A DNA stretch of 41,916 bases, from positions 62,001-103,916 of the forward strand of contig QPGO01000226.1 in the NCBI GenBank assembly GCA_008632985.1, read 5' to 3'. Below the pieces are notes generated by a model. That model did not search any database, had not been told where the DNA came from, and was given only the letters and a program-made list of their open reading frames with translations. Both the position numbers and the translations under genes were made by a program. Below, one piece after another: positions 1 through 11,610 of the stretch. Numbering within the stretch: the first letter of the stretch is position 1; every line of letters begins with the position of its first letter. This DNA comes from Psammoneis japonica (lineage: Eukaryota).

Positions 1-417
1 TGTGGCGCTGGCTCTGTCGTCAAATCCGGTCTCTCGAAAACACAAAGCCCAGAACGCATTTCAAAATGGCAGGTTGTCAAGATTCTTGCAAAAGTGCTCA
101 AGCAACCCAGGAAGTGACCGAGAGCATCCATGGTGTTGAGACGATTGCCTCAGGGCTCGACGGGATGCCGGAGGGGAGGGGGGTTGCGACAAAAGCCGAA
201 AGAGCTCTGGAGGTGTGGGTGGTGCAAGCGGGGGTTGCAGCCATTTGTTCTTGTCGATTCATGGGTCACCAGGGGAGGCATTGGCCCCATCCATTTTGGC
301 CATGAAAGCGGTGCAATGGTTGCGCAGGGCTGAGAGACAATCAGAACACTTGTGGTTTTGTTGTTGTCTTCGTGAGTGAGAATGCAATGACGGACCGCAA
401 TGACCCTTTTTGTCGTT
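1..417. other. TpA-free decayed tract (CpG retained), probably the edge of a mutated repeat or heterochromatic zone
   Basis: No TA dinucleotide from 1 to 417 on manual reading (first TA at 418-419); CpG still frequent; no credible ORF; ends at an imperfect hairpin 400-430 followed by AT-rich DNA. Confidence 0.6.
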
Positions 418-609
418 TAAGGGGGGTCATCCCCGCGTTTATCCTAAAATTACCGTTGCATTTGAATAAGGTTTTTTATAGTGTTTATTTTTGAATACAA
501 GAATTGTTCATAGTCACACCCGATCGCGCACGAAAACGAGAACCATCAGCACCGCGATCGAAGCACGACGATGATGACAATCATCGATGTTTCTCAAAAA
601 CGTAGTTTG

Positions 610-684
610 CCGTCTACCAACTTTTCATGTATATACAATCTTTGATACATAACAAACATAAAATAAATGAGAGTTGGTAGACGG
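610..684. repeat. Short inverted repeat with AT-rich spacer (hairpin or MITE-like)
   Basis: CCGTCTACCAACT (610-622) is the exact reverse complement of AGTTGGTAGACGG (672-684); extends imperfectly to 628/667; no obvious target-site duplication. Confidence 0.6.
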
Positions 685-977
685 ACCACCTCCGTCACAG
701 ACTTATGGCTTGTTGTTTTCACCACGGTGAAGCACGGTGAAATTCAGGAAAAATCATGCAAAACACGAGCTATTCGGCCGAATTCGAGCTAAAAAAAGTA
801 GCAACCGACCACCCTTAANCCATCCCTGTGGTTTGACTCATTGAACAAATCACATAAAAAAGCAAAACGAGAACCCCAGCCAAACCCTGTGGCACAACAA
901 CACTGCTTCTTGAAACTCACCGCTGCAACATTTATATTTGGTAAAGACTTTTGCATGCCAAGGACGCGCAAGAGACA

Positions 978-3124
978 ATGAGCTGGTTGGTTTGGGGCAT
1001 TACGACAGCATGTCTTGTCATGTGCTTCCATCGTGCCGATGCGACGACGCAAGTTCTTCGTGCTGGAAACGACAATGGGTCTGTGCTACGAAAGCACAAG
1101 ACGATGGCAGAAAGCTCAAGGAAACCTACAAGAACAATCGACAATTGGTGGAGAACGTCATGATGTTCCATCCTACAAGTTATCTGTCGTTCGGGACAGT
1201 ACAAATAAAGCCCTCAAGGTTCCAAAATTTGTTGATGGCAAGCCGGAACCAATGAATGGAAAGCTGTATTTCGCTGCTTCGGACGGCGATCTTGGAAGCA
1301 ATCTCTGGGTTTATGATCCATTGAGCCGCAATGCTGAAATGGTGCAGGGGCATGAAGGCGTGTCGAATCCGCGTGGATTGAAAGCAATGGATGGAAAGCT
1401 GTATTTTCGTGCAAACGATGGAACGCATGGATTTGAGCTGTGGGAGCACGATCCAGCACGTGGCACGACGGAAATGCTAAAGGACATCCATCCTGGTCCC
1501 AAAGACTCATACCCAGTGAAATTGACACCAATGGATGGAAAGATGTACTTCGCTGCTGCTGATGGAGTGCATGTGACTCGGAACAAAATTCTGTTTCCAT
1601 CGGAAAGAGTCACGAGCTTTGGATGCATGATCCGGTGAGTCGTGCAACGGAAATAGTAAAGGACATTTGGCCTGGAAGCGGAGATTCATCTCCGTCGAGG
1701 TTGACACCAATGAATGGGAAGCTCTATTTTAGAGCTGATGATGGAACGCACGGACGTGAGGTCTGGGTGCATGATCCATTAAGTGACATAACTGAAATGA
1801 TAAAGGACATCAACCCTGTGCCACGAGTTTGAGCCTTATTTTTTTAGATTATTTTCGGCACCCATGGATGGAAGCTCTATTTCACAGAAGATGATGGAAT
1901 GCATGGAATGGAGCTTTGGGTGCACGATCCAGTGAGAAATGCAACGGAAATGGTGGAGGACATCAATCCTGGCACGCGGAAGTCGCATTCCAATCCGTCG
2001 GGTTTGGTCCCCATGGAAGGAAAACTGTACTTTGGTGCTGATGATGGGCAACATGGACGGGAGCTGTGGGAGCATGATCCATCGAGTCACACTACGACCA
2101 TGGTGCAGGACATTCACCCCGGCAGTGGCTCTTCGGATCCCGGTAAAACTTTTTCGAATTCGTACAAGCCGGAGGGTTGGGCGACAATGGATGGAAAGCT
2201 GTATTTTTGGGCCAACGATGGAAAGCATGGACGTGAGCTTTGGTTTCACGACCCCACTAGTAGCACAACCAAGATGGTAAAGGACATCCGTCCCGGTGGC
2301 AGGGGCTCGGTGTCATCTCAATCAGATTTGAAACGCATAGATGGAGATTTAACACCATGGATGGAAAGCTGTATTTTGCAGCTAACGATGGAATCCATGG
2401 TTTGGAGCTTTGGGTGCACAACCCCATGAGTGGCACAACGAAATTAGTTGAAGACATCAATCCGGGACGTGCGGAATCGAATCCATCATATCTGACTCCC
2501 ATGGATGGAAGATTGTACTTCATTGCACATGACGGAAAATTTAGTAAGCTTTTTGTATTGGAGTCATTGTTTGAGGATGTTGACGGCGACGGTGTGCCAG
2601 ATAATGTCGATAACTGCCCCCTGGTTCCCAATGCGAATCAAGCAGATACCGACGGTGACGGCGTCGGAGATGCTTGTGATTTATGTCCTGCTGTTTCCAA
2701 CCATAATCAGCTTAAAGTTATGACCAAACCACCCATGGGTCCAGTGAGGATTCGTACATCACCGAAGCACTATTTCTCTTGCCCCTCTTGGCTAAAGAGA
2801 AAAGCCGCAGACCAAACCGCTTCGAATCTACGTTTGAAGCTTCGGCTAAAGGACTGCGAGAACAGTCTGGTCACGAATGCCCTTAGAGAACGTGAACTTG
2901 AGCCAAAGTTGACCCGAGTCGTGAAAGTTGTAGAAAATGGCAAGTTCAAAGACACTGGCTTGTCGGGTGGTACAATGCGACTCAGCAAGAAGAATGGAAA
3001 TTGGGTGCACACCATCGAGAATCCGAAAGAGCTTGGTGGAGTTGGTTGCTATGTGGCCGAATTCAAGATTTACCAAACGAATGGAGAAGCCGTGTATGCG
3101 AGTTCACCTTTCTATTTGGTGTGA
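978..3124 (+). CDS. Secreted ELWxxDGT-like repeat (beta-propeller) protein with thrombospondin type-3 repeats; several frameshifts
   Basis: Signal-peptide-like start [22 protein letters not shown]; about 8 repeats of MDGKLYFxAxDGxHGxELWxHDP spread over ORFs 1015, 1623, 1899 and 2357; Ca-binding TSP3 motif [35 protein letters not shown]; stop at 3124. Frame breaks near 1095, 1215, 1575, 1820-1875 and 2345. Confidence 0.8.
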
Positions 3125-3159
3125 TTTGTTGACCGATAAGTTTTCACCCTCGTTAACAT

Positions 3160-3596
3160 AAATGATCCTTTGCTTTACATCATTGGCCCTAAAGTACAGC
3201 TTTCCATCCATCGGTGTCAGTCGTTCTGGAAACGAAAACGCGTCGTCTGGATAGATATCCTTTACCGATTGCGTTTTGCCACTGGCTGGATCGTGCATCC
3301 ATAGGTCCCGACCATGCCTTTCATAGCTTTCCATACACTATGCAATTCCACCTGATGGTAAAATCTCGCTGACTTCCGTAATCTTGAAGGATAAAGGTTG
3401 ACCGTCCACCAGCTGACGATATACTTTCTCGTGTGTTTGGAATTCTTGTAGAATTCTCGCGTCGACCATCTTGGTTCGATTGGGATTGGTATTGTACCTT
3501 ACTTCTACTACCTGAAGGAAGGATGAAATGACAGATCTGATCCAACGCTTCCAGCTTTGGGCAGACTCTAGCTAGAGGTCCCTGTGCATTTCGCAT
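3160..3596 (-). pseudogene. Truncated, convergently oriented paralogue of the ELWxxD-repeat gene
   Basis: ORF 3104-3334 contains one repeat, HGRDLWMHDPASGKTQSVKDIYP...[14 protein letters not shown], then runs into the 3' end of the + strand gene; the upstream ORF 3321-3596 is out of frame. Confidence 0.6.
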
Positions 3597-3854
3597 TGGC
3601 TAAAGTGGGGGAGAGGAGCACGGACTTTTCCAGAGTGGGGGGCATGTTATACACTCCTTATTTTGTGGAAAGCCGGGTCTGCTTGGTTACAACCGGTAGG
3701 AAAAGTAAGCGACCTAATTGATTTTTACCTAAAGCGTGAATTGGTCGCTATGTTCTATTTCAAGAAACGCAATGGGAACAAAACTCTCTCCTTTCTATTC
3801 ACTAGATACATCCGGCGTTACGTCTTAAGATGTGTGTTATCACGCCATTGGAGC

Positions 3855-5908
3855 TCACATGCAAAAGAAACAATTGAATAAGCCTTTTCTTTTCGGCGGC
3901 GGTAGCAGATCTTCTGCATCGTCGGCCACATACAAATCTCGATTCTTTTTATCACAGTCATCAGCTGTGCTTTCGGTTGCTACTGCTTTGGCATTTGGTT
4001 TCCTTTTTGACTCTTTCTTCTTTTGCTTTGCTCCCGACGATCGGTTCATTGACATTAAAAGTGCTTCTGAACCAGACCCTCCGCTGTGTTTTTGAATCAT
4101 TTGAGCAGCAACCTCTGGATCACGTGCAAAGGCGAAACCCGAGTGCTCGTGAGATAGACGCAACTTTAAATCCACACCTTTGGTCTGACACGCGACGACA
4201 TTGCTCGATTCGCCGGTAGCAAAGTCATCATCTGCCACATTCAATAAAAGTAGAGTTTGCAACCCAGCTGGCAAGTTAACAGATTCGCGTCCTTGGCATC
4301 CGACGTCGACCGTAGTGCTGCCGGCTCTAATCGACTCAAGTCATGTCTCACATCGATACCCGTCTCTTCGTACAGCTCTCGAGCGGCTCCCATTTTACTA
4401 GCGAAGAGCAACTGATCCTTGGCGGCTCCTCCGTTTTGAGCTGCTTGCACAAACTCGGGTTCATCAATGTGTCCACCGGGAAGCTGATAGTGAGGACCCT
4501 TTTTTATCTTGCGTGTGCAATGCAAGAGCAACAGCCCGTGGACACTGTGGACTGTGCACGCAAAAACAAAAAACACAGCGTTAGATATCGCCACACAGCG
4601 ACAATCAACTAGACGGCAAGACTATGACGAGAGTCACTCACCAACAAAAATAAACCCACGATAGTCGGTATCCGCATAGTCTACCAGGCTTGGCTTTTCC
4701 GAAAGGTCTTGAGGAATGACGTTCTCGATACTTGGCTTTTCCGAAACATCATGAGGATCAGCCTTTTCAAGACTTGACGTTTCAGGATCATCTTGAGAAA
4801 CAGCATCGTCAATACCTGGCTTTTCTGAGATATTCAACGGAATGTCGCTTTTCTCACTTGGATCATCTTGAGGAGCAGCATTGTCAATACCTGGCTTTTC
4901 TGAAATATTCAACGGAATGTCGCTTTTCTCACTTGGATAATCTTGAGGAGCAGTATTGTCAATACCTGGCTTTTCTGAAATATTCAACGGAATGTCGCTT
5001 TTCTTACTTGGGCTTTCCGAAACATCCTGAGGGACGGCGTTGTCAATCTGCGCTTGATACTCGACAAGAATTTGATTCGCAACCTCTTCATCCAGTGAAT
5101 CCACGACCTTCAGCGCACGTTGTTCACGACAAAAGTCCTTGACATTGACCGTGCTACCCATTTCCACAAGCATTTGATAATTGTGCAAGAGCTGGGTCGC
5201 TTCGCTCCGTTGCCTCTTTTCTTGGAGTCCGTTGAATTTTTGATGCTTGTAAAACTCGTCCAAGTCCACAACAATTGTACTACCTCCGTGTTGACGCGCC
5301 TTGTCTTCGAGTGTTGCACGAATCGCTGCCACGCCAGAGGAGTTGGTATGAACCTCTTTTCGTGCAATAGCGGACGATGTGAATTGAACGTGTCGAGAGC
5401 GGTTTCTGGATTGTGGTGGTGTAGTACCCGCACGAGCTTGAGTGTTGTTTTGAGACAACGCTGTAGCGGCTCGATCGGCCGCTTGATTCATCTTCGAAAG
5501 AGCTAACAGAACTATAGCTTGCATTCATTTGTTGTCCTAGATAAGCGGCCGCAGCGGCACGGTCCGCGGCTTGTTGCGTGTTGAGCGGTGATGATGCTGA
5601 CAATGATTCTGTCTTTTTTGGAGTCGACAGAAGTTTATCAGGCGACGTGATGCGGAAACTGTGAAGCTCTTGTGCGGCTTGTTCCTTCTTTTGATGATCG
5701 CCCATCTTTTTCGCCTTTTGAGACTTGTAAAAATCATGCAAATCCAAAACGACTCCGGGACTCGCACTCTTTTTATCCAGCGATGATCTCTTTTGCGATA
5801 CAATAGAACTTTTTGGTGTGGTAGGCGTGTTTGAAGTTTCGTCATTGCGTTTAGTGGGAGTTCCTTTTCCAGCTCCATCAATTGAAGCATTCCGGTCTCC
5901 TCTGTCAT
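3855..5908 (-). CDS. Nudix hydrolase with long repetitive N-terminal extension (intron 4552-4641; frameshifts)
   Basis: LPGGHIDEPE...AARELYEETGI is an interrupted Nudix box, followed by LSHEHSGFAF. A GT-AG intron 4641-4552 joins DYRGFIFV to VHSVHGLLLLH. ORFs 5537-5908, 5280-5747, 4634-5524, 4241-4594 and 3855-4274 appear to be pieces of one gene. Confidence 0.75.
4785..5009. repeat. Coding tandem repeat, 3 x 75 bp (25 aa SEKSDIPLNISEKPGIDNAAPQDDP)
   Basis: Near-identical units start at 4785, 4860 and 4935, with degenerate units on both sides. Confidence 0.9.
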
Positions 5909-6282
5909 GTTGAAACGAGATTATAAATCGTCAGCAGTGTGAGCATACGCAATAATATGAGGAAAGCGGCACCGATAGCACAAAACACATTCGTCATTGC
6001 CGTTTTTGAGGGAAGAAACAATGGCGCGCGCGCAGAACCGCTACGTCAACAAATCTTTGTATTCTATCATGCATTGACATATAACTTGATAAAAAATTTG
6101 AAGACTGGCAGACGACATTGGAGGGAGCTTAGTCGTGTTCATGACTTGATTCACGACTCAAACTCCTTCCGACAAACCTGCTTGCGGCGGTGCTTGAGAG
6201 GCAAACGATATCCGTCACATTTTATCCAAGTACCACAACAATCTTCACGGCAAGGCAGGAACATACATGATATTTTGCCACC

Positions 6283-7975
6283 ATGATGCTATCCATGCGT
6301 CGCTTGGCAATCTATGTCACTGTTCTTCTGAGCACAACTGCAGGTACTGTTGACACTGACGAGGAATCTGGAAATAATGATTGCGGCATCCCCAACAAGA
6401 AGGTGGATGTCACAATTGTTGGCGGTGGACTGGTGGAATTTTTGCCGCGAGCGTTTTAGAACAGAACAATGTATCGTATCAGCTCCTTGAAGCAACCGAC
6501 ACGTGGGGAGGCCGCTTGCGCTCCTTCACGTCAGACTTTGAGAATGAATCGGGCGAAAACATTGTTCTCGAGCAAGGCGCTCAGTTCATGTATGGAAAGC
6601 AACGACACAAATGGAAACGAAATCCAGTGTGGCGGCTACTCAAGGAGAACAACGTGGATGTTTTGGACTATACCCTCGACGACTTGAACGCGTATAGGAA
6701 GAACGGGAAGAAATACTCTAGAAGCAAAGTGATGAGAGAATTCGGCTTTTTGAGCGACTCCATTAAGTATTGCCTCGATTACTCTGGAGAAGAGTGGTTC
6801 GACGAGTTCGCATATCCCGATTATTATGAGCCCGGGAGTATACCAACACCAGACAATGACGCGAAAACGCTCCTCGAGAAGTGCGCCTACGACGATTTCG
6901 AATGGGAGTCAGATACTCCGTTGAGGGAGGCTTTGGCTCATTTTCTTATTGAACAAGAGTTCGGGTTGCCCATGCTGGAAAGCATCGGACGCGCTTCTTT
7001 TCCAGAAGACACCCTGGTCGTCTTTGGGACCAAGCTCTTCACTGTTATCGATCAGAAAGGCACTAGTGTCATGATTGAAAATCTCTTGAACGACAAACTT
7101 GATTCCGATAGTATTCTCTTGAACGCAAAGGTTACAAGTGTGAGCTACGACGAAAGCTCTGCAGCGCTAACTACAGCCATGGTTGGCAACTGTGAGCGAA
7201 CATTTGAGTCCAAGTATGTCATTATTACTGCTCCTTTGAAAATTCTGAAGGGGAAAGAGCCACGGAATTTAATCTCTTTCACGCCTCCTCTCGATATCGC
7301 TAGTCATCCCATTGACATCAACAAAGTAGGTACTTTTTGTTGTCATCTTTTTTGCGTTTTGCTTTCCGACGTCTAACCTTTTTGCGATGGGTATTGACAT
7401 GAACAGATTGAAAAGGTCTGGATTCAGTTCAGTGAAGTTTTTTGGGACACAAGCAGGCAGTGGATCGTCATTTCCAACGAGCAAGAAGATGGCGCGGGTA
7501 CACTTTTTTTCAACTACGAACTTGCTTTACCGGGGAGCAAGATGCTGTTGGGTTTCATGAACAGTGCTCAGCTGGCAGCTGCCACCGATGATGCCGACGA
7601 AACAATTGACGACAATGCCATTGAGAAGTACATCACTCTCTCAAGAGGCTTCGTGGTTGGAATGACAACATCACTTACACATGGCAGGCCACAGAGTGGA
7701 AGGACAACCCATACTTCTCGGGAAGCTGGGAGTTCTGGGAATTAGGTAGGACATATGAGGAGTTTCATAACAACATTGGTCCACGAGATAGACTCCACTT
7801 GGCTGGCGCTGGACATTGCCAGAACTTTTGGGGCTTTACGTGGGGCGCGATATTCAGTGGCATCTGGAACGGCCAATGGGTTGTAGATCGCATTTCTAAT
7901 CCATCGTCGGAACCCTGGTCAATTGCTCCATACACTCCTTGTGAGGAAGCTGGAACATCAAGGCAGAGGACATGA
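6283..7975 (+). CDS. Secreted flavin-dependent amine oxidase (polyamine oxidase-like); intron 7326-7406; frameshifts
   Basis: Signal peptide MMLSMRRLAIYVTVLLSTTAG; FAD-binding start DVTIVGGGxGGIFAA...LLEATDTWGGRL; EQGAQFMYG; VIITAPLKILK; FTPPL; KVWIQFSEVFW after the intron; C-terminal LHLAGAG...WGAIFSG; TGA at 7973-7975. Confidence 0.8.
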
Positions 7976-8069
7976 AAGAGTTTTACCAACAATACGGCAT
8001 GTTGTTTTCTTAACTCAGAACACAAGGTACAACTCCCCATTGCAACGCCTGTATCCTTACATACTTATG

Positions 8070-8270
8070 ATTATGTAACAAAACAGTCCTAATGATTCAC
8101 GGTTTGACAATTGCATTCATCAATACTCTCTTCTTTTTTGGTTCTCTTTTCTTTTCTTGCAGAGATAATTCTGATTATATGTAACAAATAATACAAGTCC
8201 TGCTGATTCCCGGTTCGACAATTACTATTCATCAATGCTATCTTCTTTTGGTTTCTCTTCTTTTAGAGAT
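8070..8270. repeat. Diverged tandem duplication (~105 bp) of the 3' end of the SGNH gene
   Basis: tatgtaacaaa..agtcct..tgattc.cggtt.gacaatt...attcatcaat.ct.tcttctttt occurs at about 8072-8165 and again at 8178-8270. Confidence 0.6.
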
Positions 8271-9603
8271 GACGGTGGCCACACAGCAATCATTTTGGGA
8301 AGCAGATCTTTGGTCTTTTCGGCATGACCCGTGGCATTGAGATGCACGTGATCGACTTGTACAAAGTTAGCCAGTGGCTGCATGTTGGCTCGAAGATCCA
8401 GAATTTTGACAATATCCTTGAGTTTGGGTGATTTGGCAATCGCTTCCATAGTCATGGTGTGGACTCGAATCATGAAATCCCATTTCGCATCGCTGTAGAC
8501 GGGACGTCGAGACGAGAGCATGTAGCCAATTTTGGTGACGGATGGATGCGCCGCAATCGTTTCAAACAGTTTCATCAGCATGGCGGGTATCTGCCCGGCG
8601 GTAGCGTTGAGATCAAAATCGTAATCATTGCCCGAGGCGTGGACAATGACAATGGACGGGTCCCAATCTAGACAGAGCCGCTCCACATTCTTTTGAATGT
8701 CCTTGAGACGAGAACCGCCAAAGCCGGCATTGAAATGGTTGGAATGAAATGGCGCCATATCTTTAGTCAGGTTATGCCAGAATGTGATTTCTGAGTCTCC
8801 AAGCCAGCACACACCTCCCGGTGCGGGCCCATTACCGTCGTTCATGCTTTGGATACTCTTCAGAGCGGCGTCGGCCTCCCATTCATGATGCAGTCCACGA
8901 TATCAAAATGTCCATTATAAAAACACATCATAAAGTATCGGCACAAGACATTGGCTCGAAGGTTACACACGAAACCACACCGTTCGACAAGAAAGTTCTG
9001 GGGAGGATTGTGAAGCCCATTGCCGTAGCACGCCATGTAGGTGACGAGACCAAAAAAGAAGACAATCAAGGATCCCCAAAGCAATGGCCCCGGATCCTAC
9101 ACCCCAACCAGAACTGTCAATCGAAAAACCCACCGCCAGACCGACCACGAGGGCAATGAGAAACGAAACGACAATGGCAGAAACCGGCAAGCACGGCCCT
9201 GCTGGTTCATCGCTTCCTTTCCACGAAGGATGCTTCATGGAGGTTGGTCCCAGCACCGACTCCTTCAAATGTCAGGCTGTTGTTTGCAATAACGGGAAAA
9301 CTCGGCAAAGTTCATATTCTCAAAGTTCTCCACATGAGGTCGGGCCCATCTCATCGCCTTGACCTTGAGCTTGGCCACTGCGGCGATAGTCATGGCTGTC
9401 ATCACGGGCTCCTCATCCTCGGTAGTAGCTTCCTTCTCCTCATCGCCCGAGGTGACAACAGCATTTTCATCATCTTGCGCTTCCACGTCTTTAGTAGCGG
9501 TGGCCTCCATGTTCTGTTGTGTTTATCAACAAGTATCTTCTCCGTTTCGCTCTTGTTCTGCGCTGCCTTCTTTGCCGTTGTTGTTCTTTTTTGTCTTTTT
9601 CAT
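8225..9603 (-). CDS. Membrane-anchored SGNH/GDSL-type hydrolase (frameshifted 5' half)
   Basis: SGNH blocks GDS (WLGDSEITFW), G (NAGFGGS), N (HASGNDY) and DxxH (DHVHLNATGH) in ORF 8225-8845; upstream pieces give two hydrophobic helices and an acidic N-terminus; start position uncertain. Confidence 0.75.
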
Positions 9604-9779
9604 TTTGGTTCCCAAAAAGATCGCGCCTTTTGGCATCACGTGGTTCACCTCAAGTCGCGCGAAGCGCGTTCAACGGACGGACGGACGGACAACATAGCGT
9701 CTCGTGCGCACGCGCGCGTGCGTCTTGTCGTCATCCACCACTGTCTGTGCACAAACGCAGCTACAAACACGATCGAGTG

Positions 9780-11350
9780 CCCTCACAAAGAAATCCCGCA
9801 ATGGAGAAAGGTGACCACGAATGGTTGGAATTCACCACAGCTTTGGCAATGTTGTGCTCAGGTCAAAAGGTTGTGAAAGAACACTGGGCTCCTGAGCCTC
9901 TGCAAGAACGATGATTTGCTTGGTGCAGCAGTGCCCGCGGCAGCGATGTTTTGTGCAAATGGCACACACAGGTGCTGCAGTGTGGTGTGCAGTGGGGTGA
10001 GAAGTTTCAGTGATTCAAAGCACGCCCAAAGGCAAATGGTTGCTGGAGTGTTCCGCAGAGGACAGAGGACAAGTGTGTGAAAAAGACACAGAGAGCCAGG
10101 ATGAGCTGCCAGGGAAGCGGGTCAAAAGGAAGGCAGCATGGGAGGATGACAAACAAGGAACAAACTTTCTGCAGAGATTGCAAAAAGAATTGGAAATTCA
10201 ATCAGCTTCAGCTGGATGCCAGACAAAGAGAGAGTGTGACTGCCCCCACCAAGGGAGCCTGTGTGCACTTTAGGGCATTGAGACACAAAGCTGCACGCTG
10301 CTGCACTGACCTCAGCACCAGCCAGGGGGTTCTTGGAGCTGGGGATGTGGAGGACTTGTGCCATGGCTCAGGTTGCAGCACATGCACAATTTTGCTGGAG
10401 AACTTTCTGTCAGTTTGTGCTCCACTCGCCGCTGCTCCCAGCCACAGATTGCAAAGGTGCGAAGGGGAGAAACAGAGCGGCGCATCTGCTCTTGGCATTT
10501 CTGCTCTGTTGACAATGACAAGCAACCAAAATGTGAGTGAGGTTGGACTGGCCTCCCACTTGTCAGGCAACCTCCAGCTCTGGGTGGGACCTTGAAATGC
10601 TGTGCTGTCACATGTTCATGCCTGGCATGTCAAAAATGCACAAAAGACTGTGCACAGCCACAAACACTTTTTTCAGCAATTTTGTGGTGCCATTTTCACT
10701 TTCTAAATGCCAACTTGTGAACATCTTTCTCCCCAGCTTGTTGGAACATTGGGGTGAGAGGCAGTTTTTGTGGGACAGAGAGAGACAACATTGCAGCAAA
10801 AGATGCACTGATGATCGTGGATTGCATGGTTGCTGATGATTGTGAGTTGTGTGGCAAATTTGTGTTGTAACTCAGGTTGAGTTCTGGGTCTGCACTCACT
10901 TTTTAGCTTCTGCACCCAGTTGACATGATGACAGCAGTTGACAGCATTGGAAATGTGTTTGCAAGCCATTTGGTGAGTTTGGGGTGTTGGTGCAACCAAG
11001 CATGCACCTGTCGGCAAGCCATGAGATGCTCCAAGACACAGTTGCACTTTTCAATGTCTTTTTCAGTGGTGACAGCTCCAGCCGATGCTTGGAAATGACA
11101 TCATTCTTGTGCTCTGCATGTCTCACTTCCTGTCAGCAGAGATTTGACAGTGCTGATTGAGCGATGGTGAGCAGTTTGAAAATTTGCAAAAATAAATGGG
11201 CACCACAGAGTGCTGGCTGCACCGCAAACGTTTCTGAGTTTATGGCAAGGTGCCTGAACCCTCACTCCCACACCAAACTCGTGATGCTCAAGAGATGCCG
11301 AGTTGTGACGATGAAATTGTAAAACGCCATTTTGCATGTCCACATCGACT
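9780..11350. other. Decayed zone depleted of both CpG and TpA
   Basis: No TA between 9764 and 10270, very few after that; CpG sparse; TG/CA-rich; ORFs are Cys/His/Gln/Trp-rich and uninterpretable. Confidence 0.75.
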
Positions 11351-11610
11351 AGACCTCTCGGTGAAGAGCCAATCACTGCAGATTCTTCCGCACATGCCGG
11401 TTCGATGGTCCAGTGAATCAGATTGAAACTCGTCTGGTTCTCGTCGTCGTTATGATCAAGTTGCTCAGGGCAATCAAGACCGAGCTTGATGGAGTCGATT
11501 GGTTGAGTAATTTCCAGTAACAATTCAAACCCTGTAAAGTCGAGTATATTGTTGGCTGCCGCATGGAATCCAACCAGAACAAACACAGTGCCAAATGCGC
11601 TAGCCCTCAT
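10740..11610 (-). pseudogene. Secreted protein gene (possibly GIN/DUF2807-like adhesin-head domain) decaying toward its 3' end
   Basis: Signal peptide MRASAFGTVFVLVGFHAAA at 11610; LVDVDMQNGVLQF...GVRVQAPxxKLRNV resembles GIN-type domains (from memory, unverified); stops appear below 11100. The 3' limit is approximate. Confidence 0.45.

Noticed and set aside
820..820. Single N base
   Set aside because: Assembly ambiguity with no biological meaning.
1250..2530. Regularly spaced nucleotide repeats resembling a CRISPR array
   Set aside because: They are degenerate protein-coding repeats with codon-position variation; the context is eukaryotic and no cas genes are present.
9780..10300. Possible C-terminus of a piggyBac-like transposase (WLEFTTALAML...FCRDC)
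   Set aside because: Too degenerate; no catalytic domain, terminal repeats or TTAA target sites could be identified.
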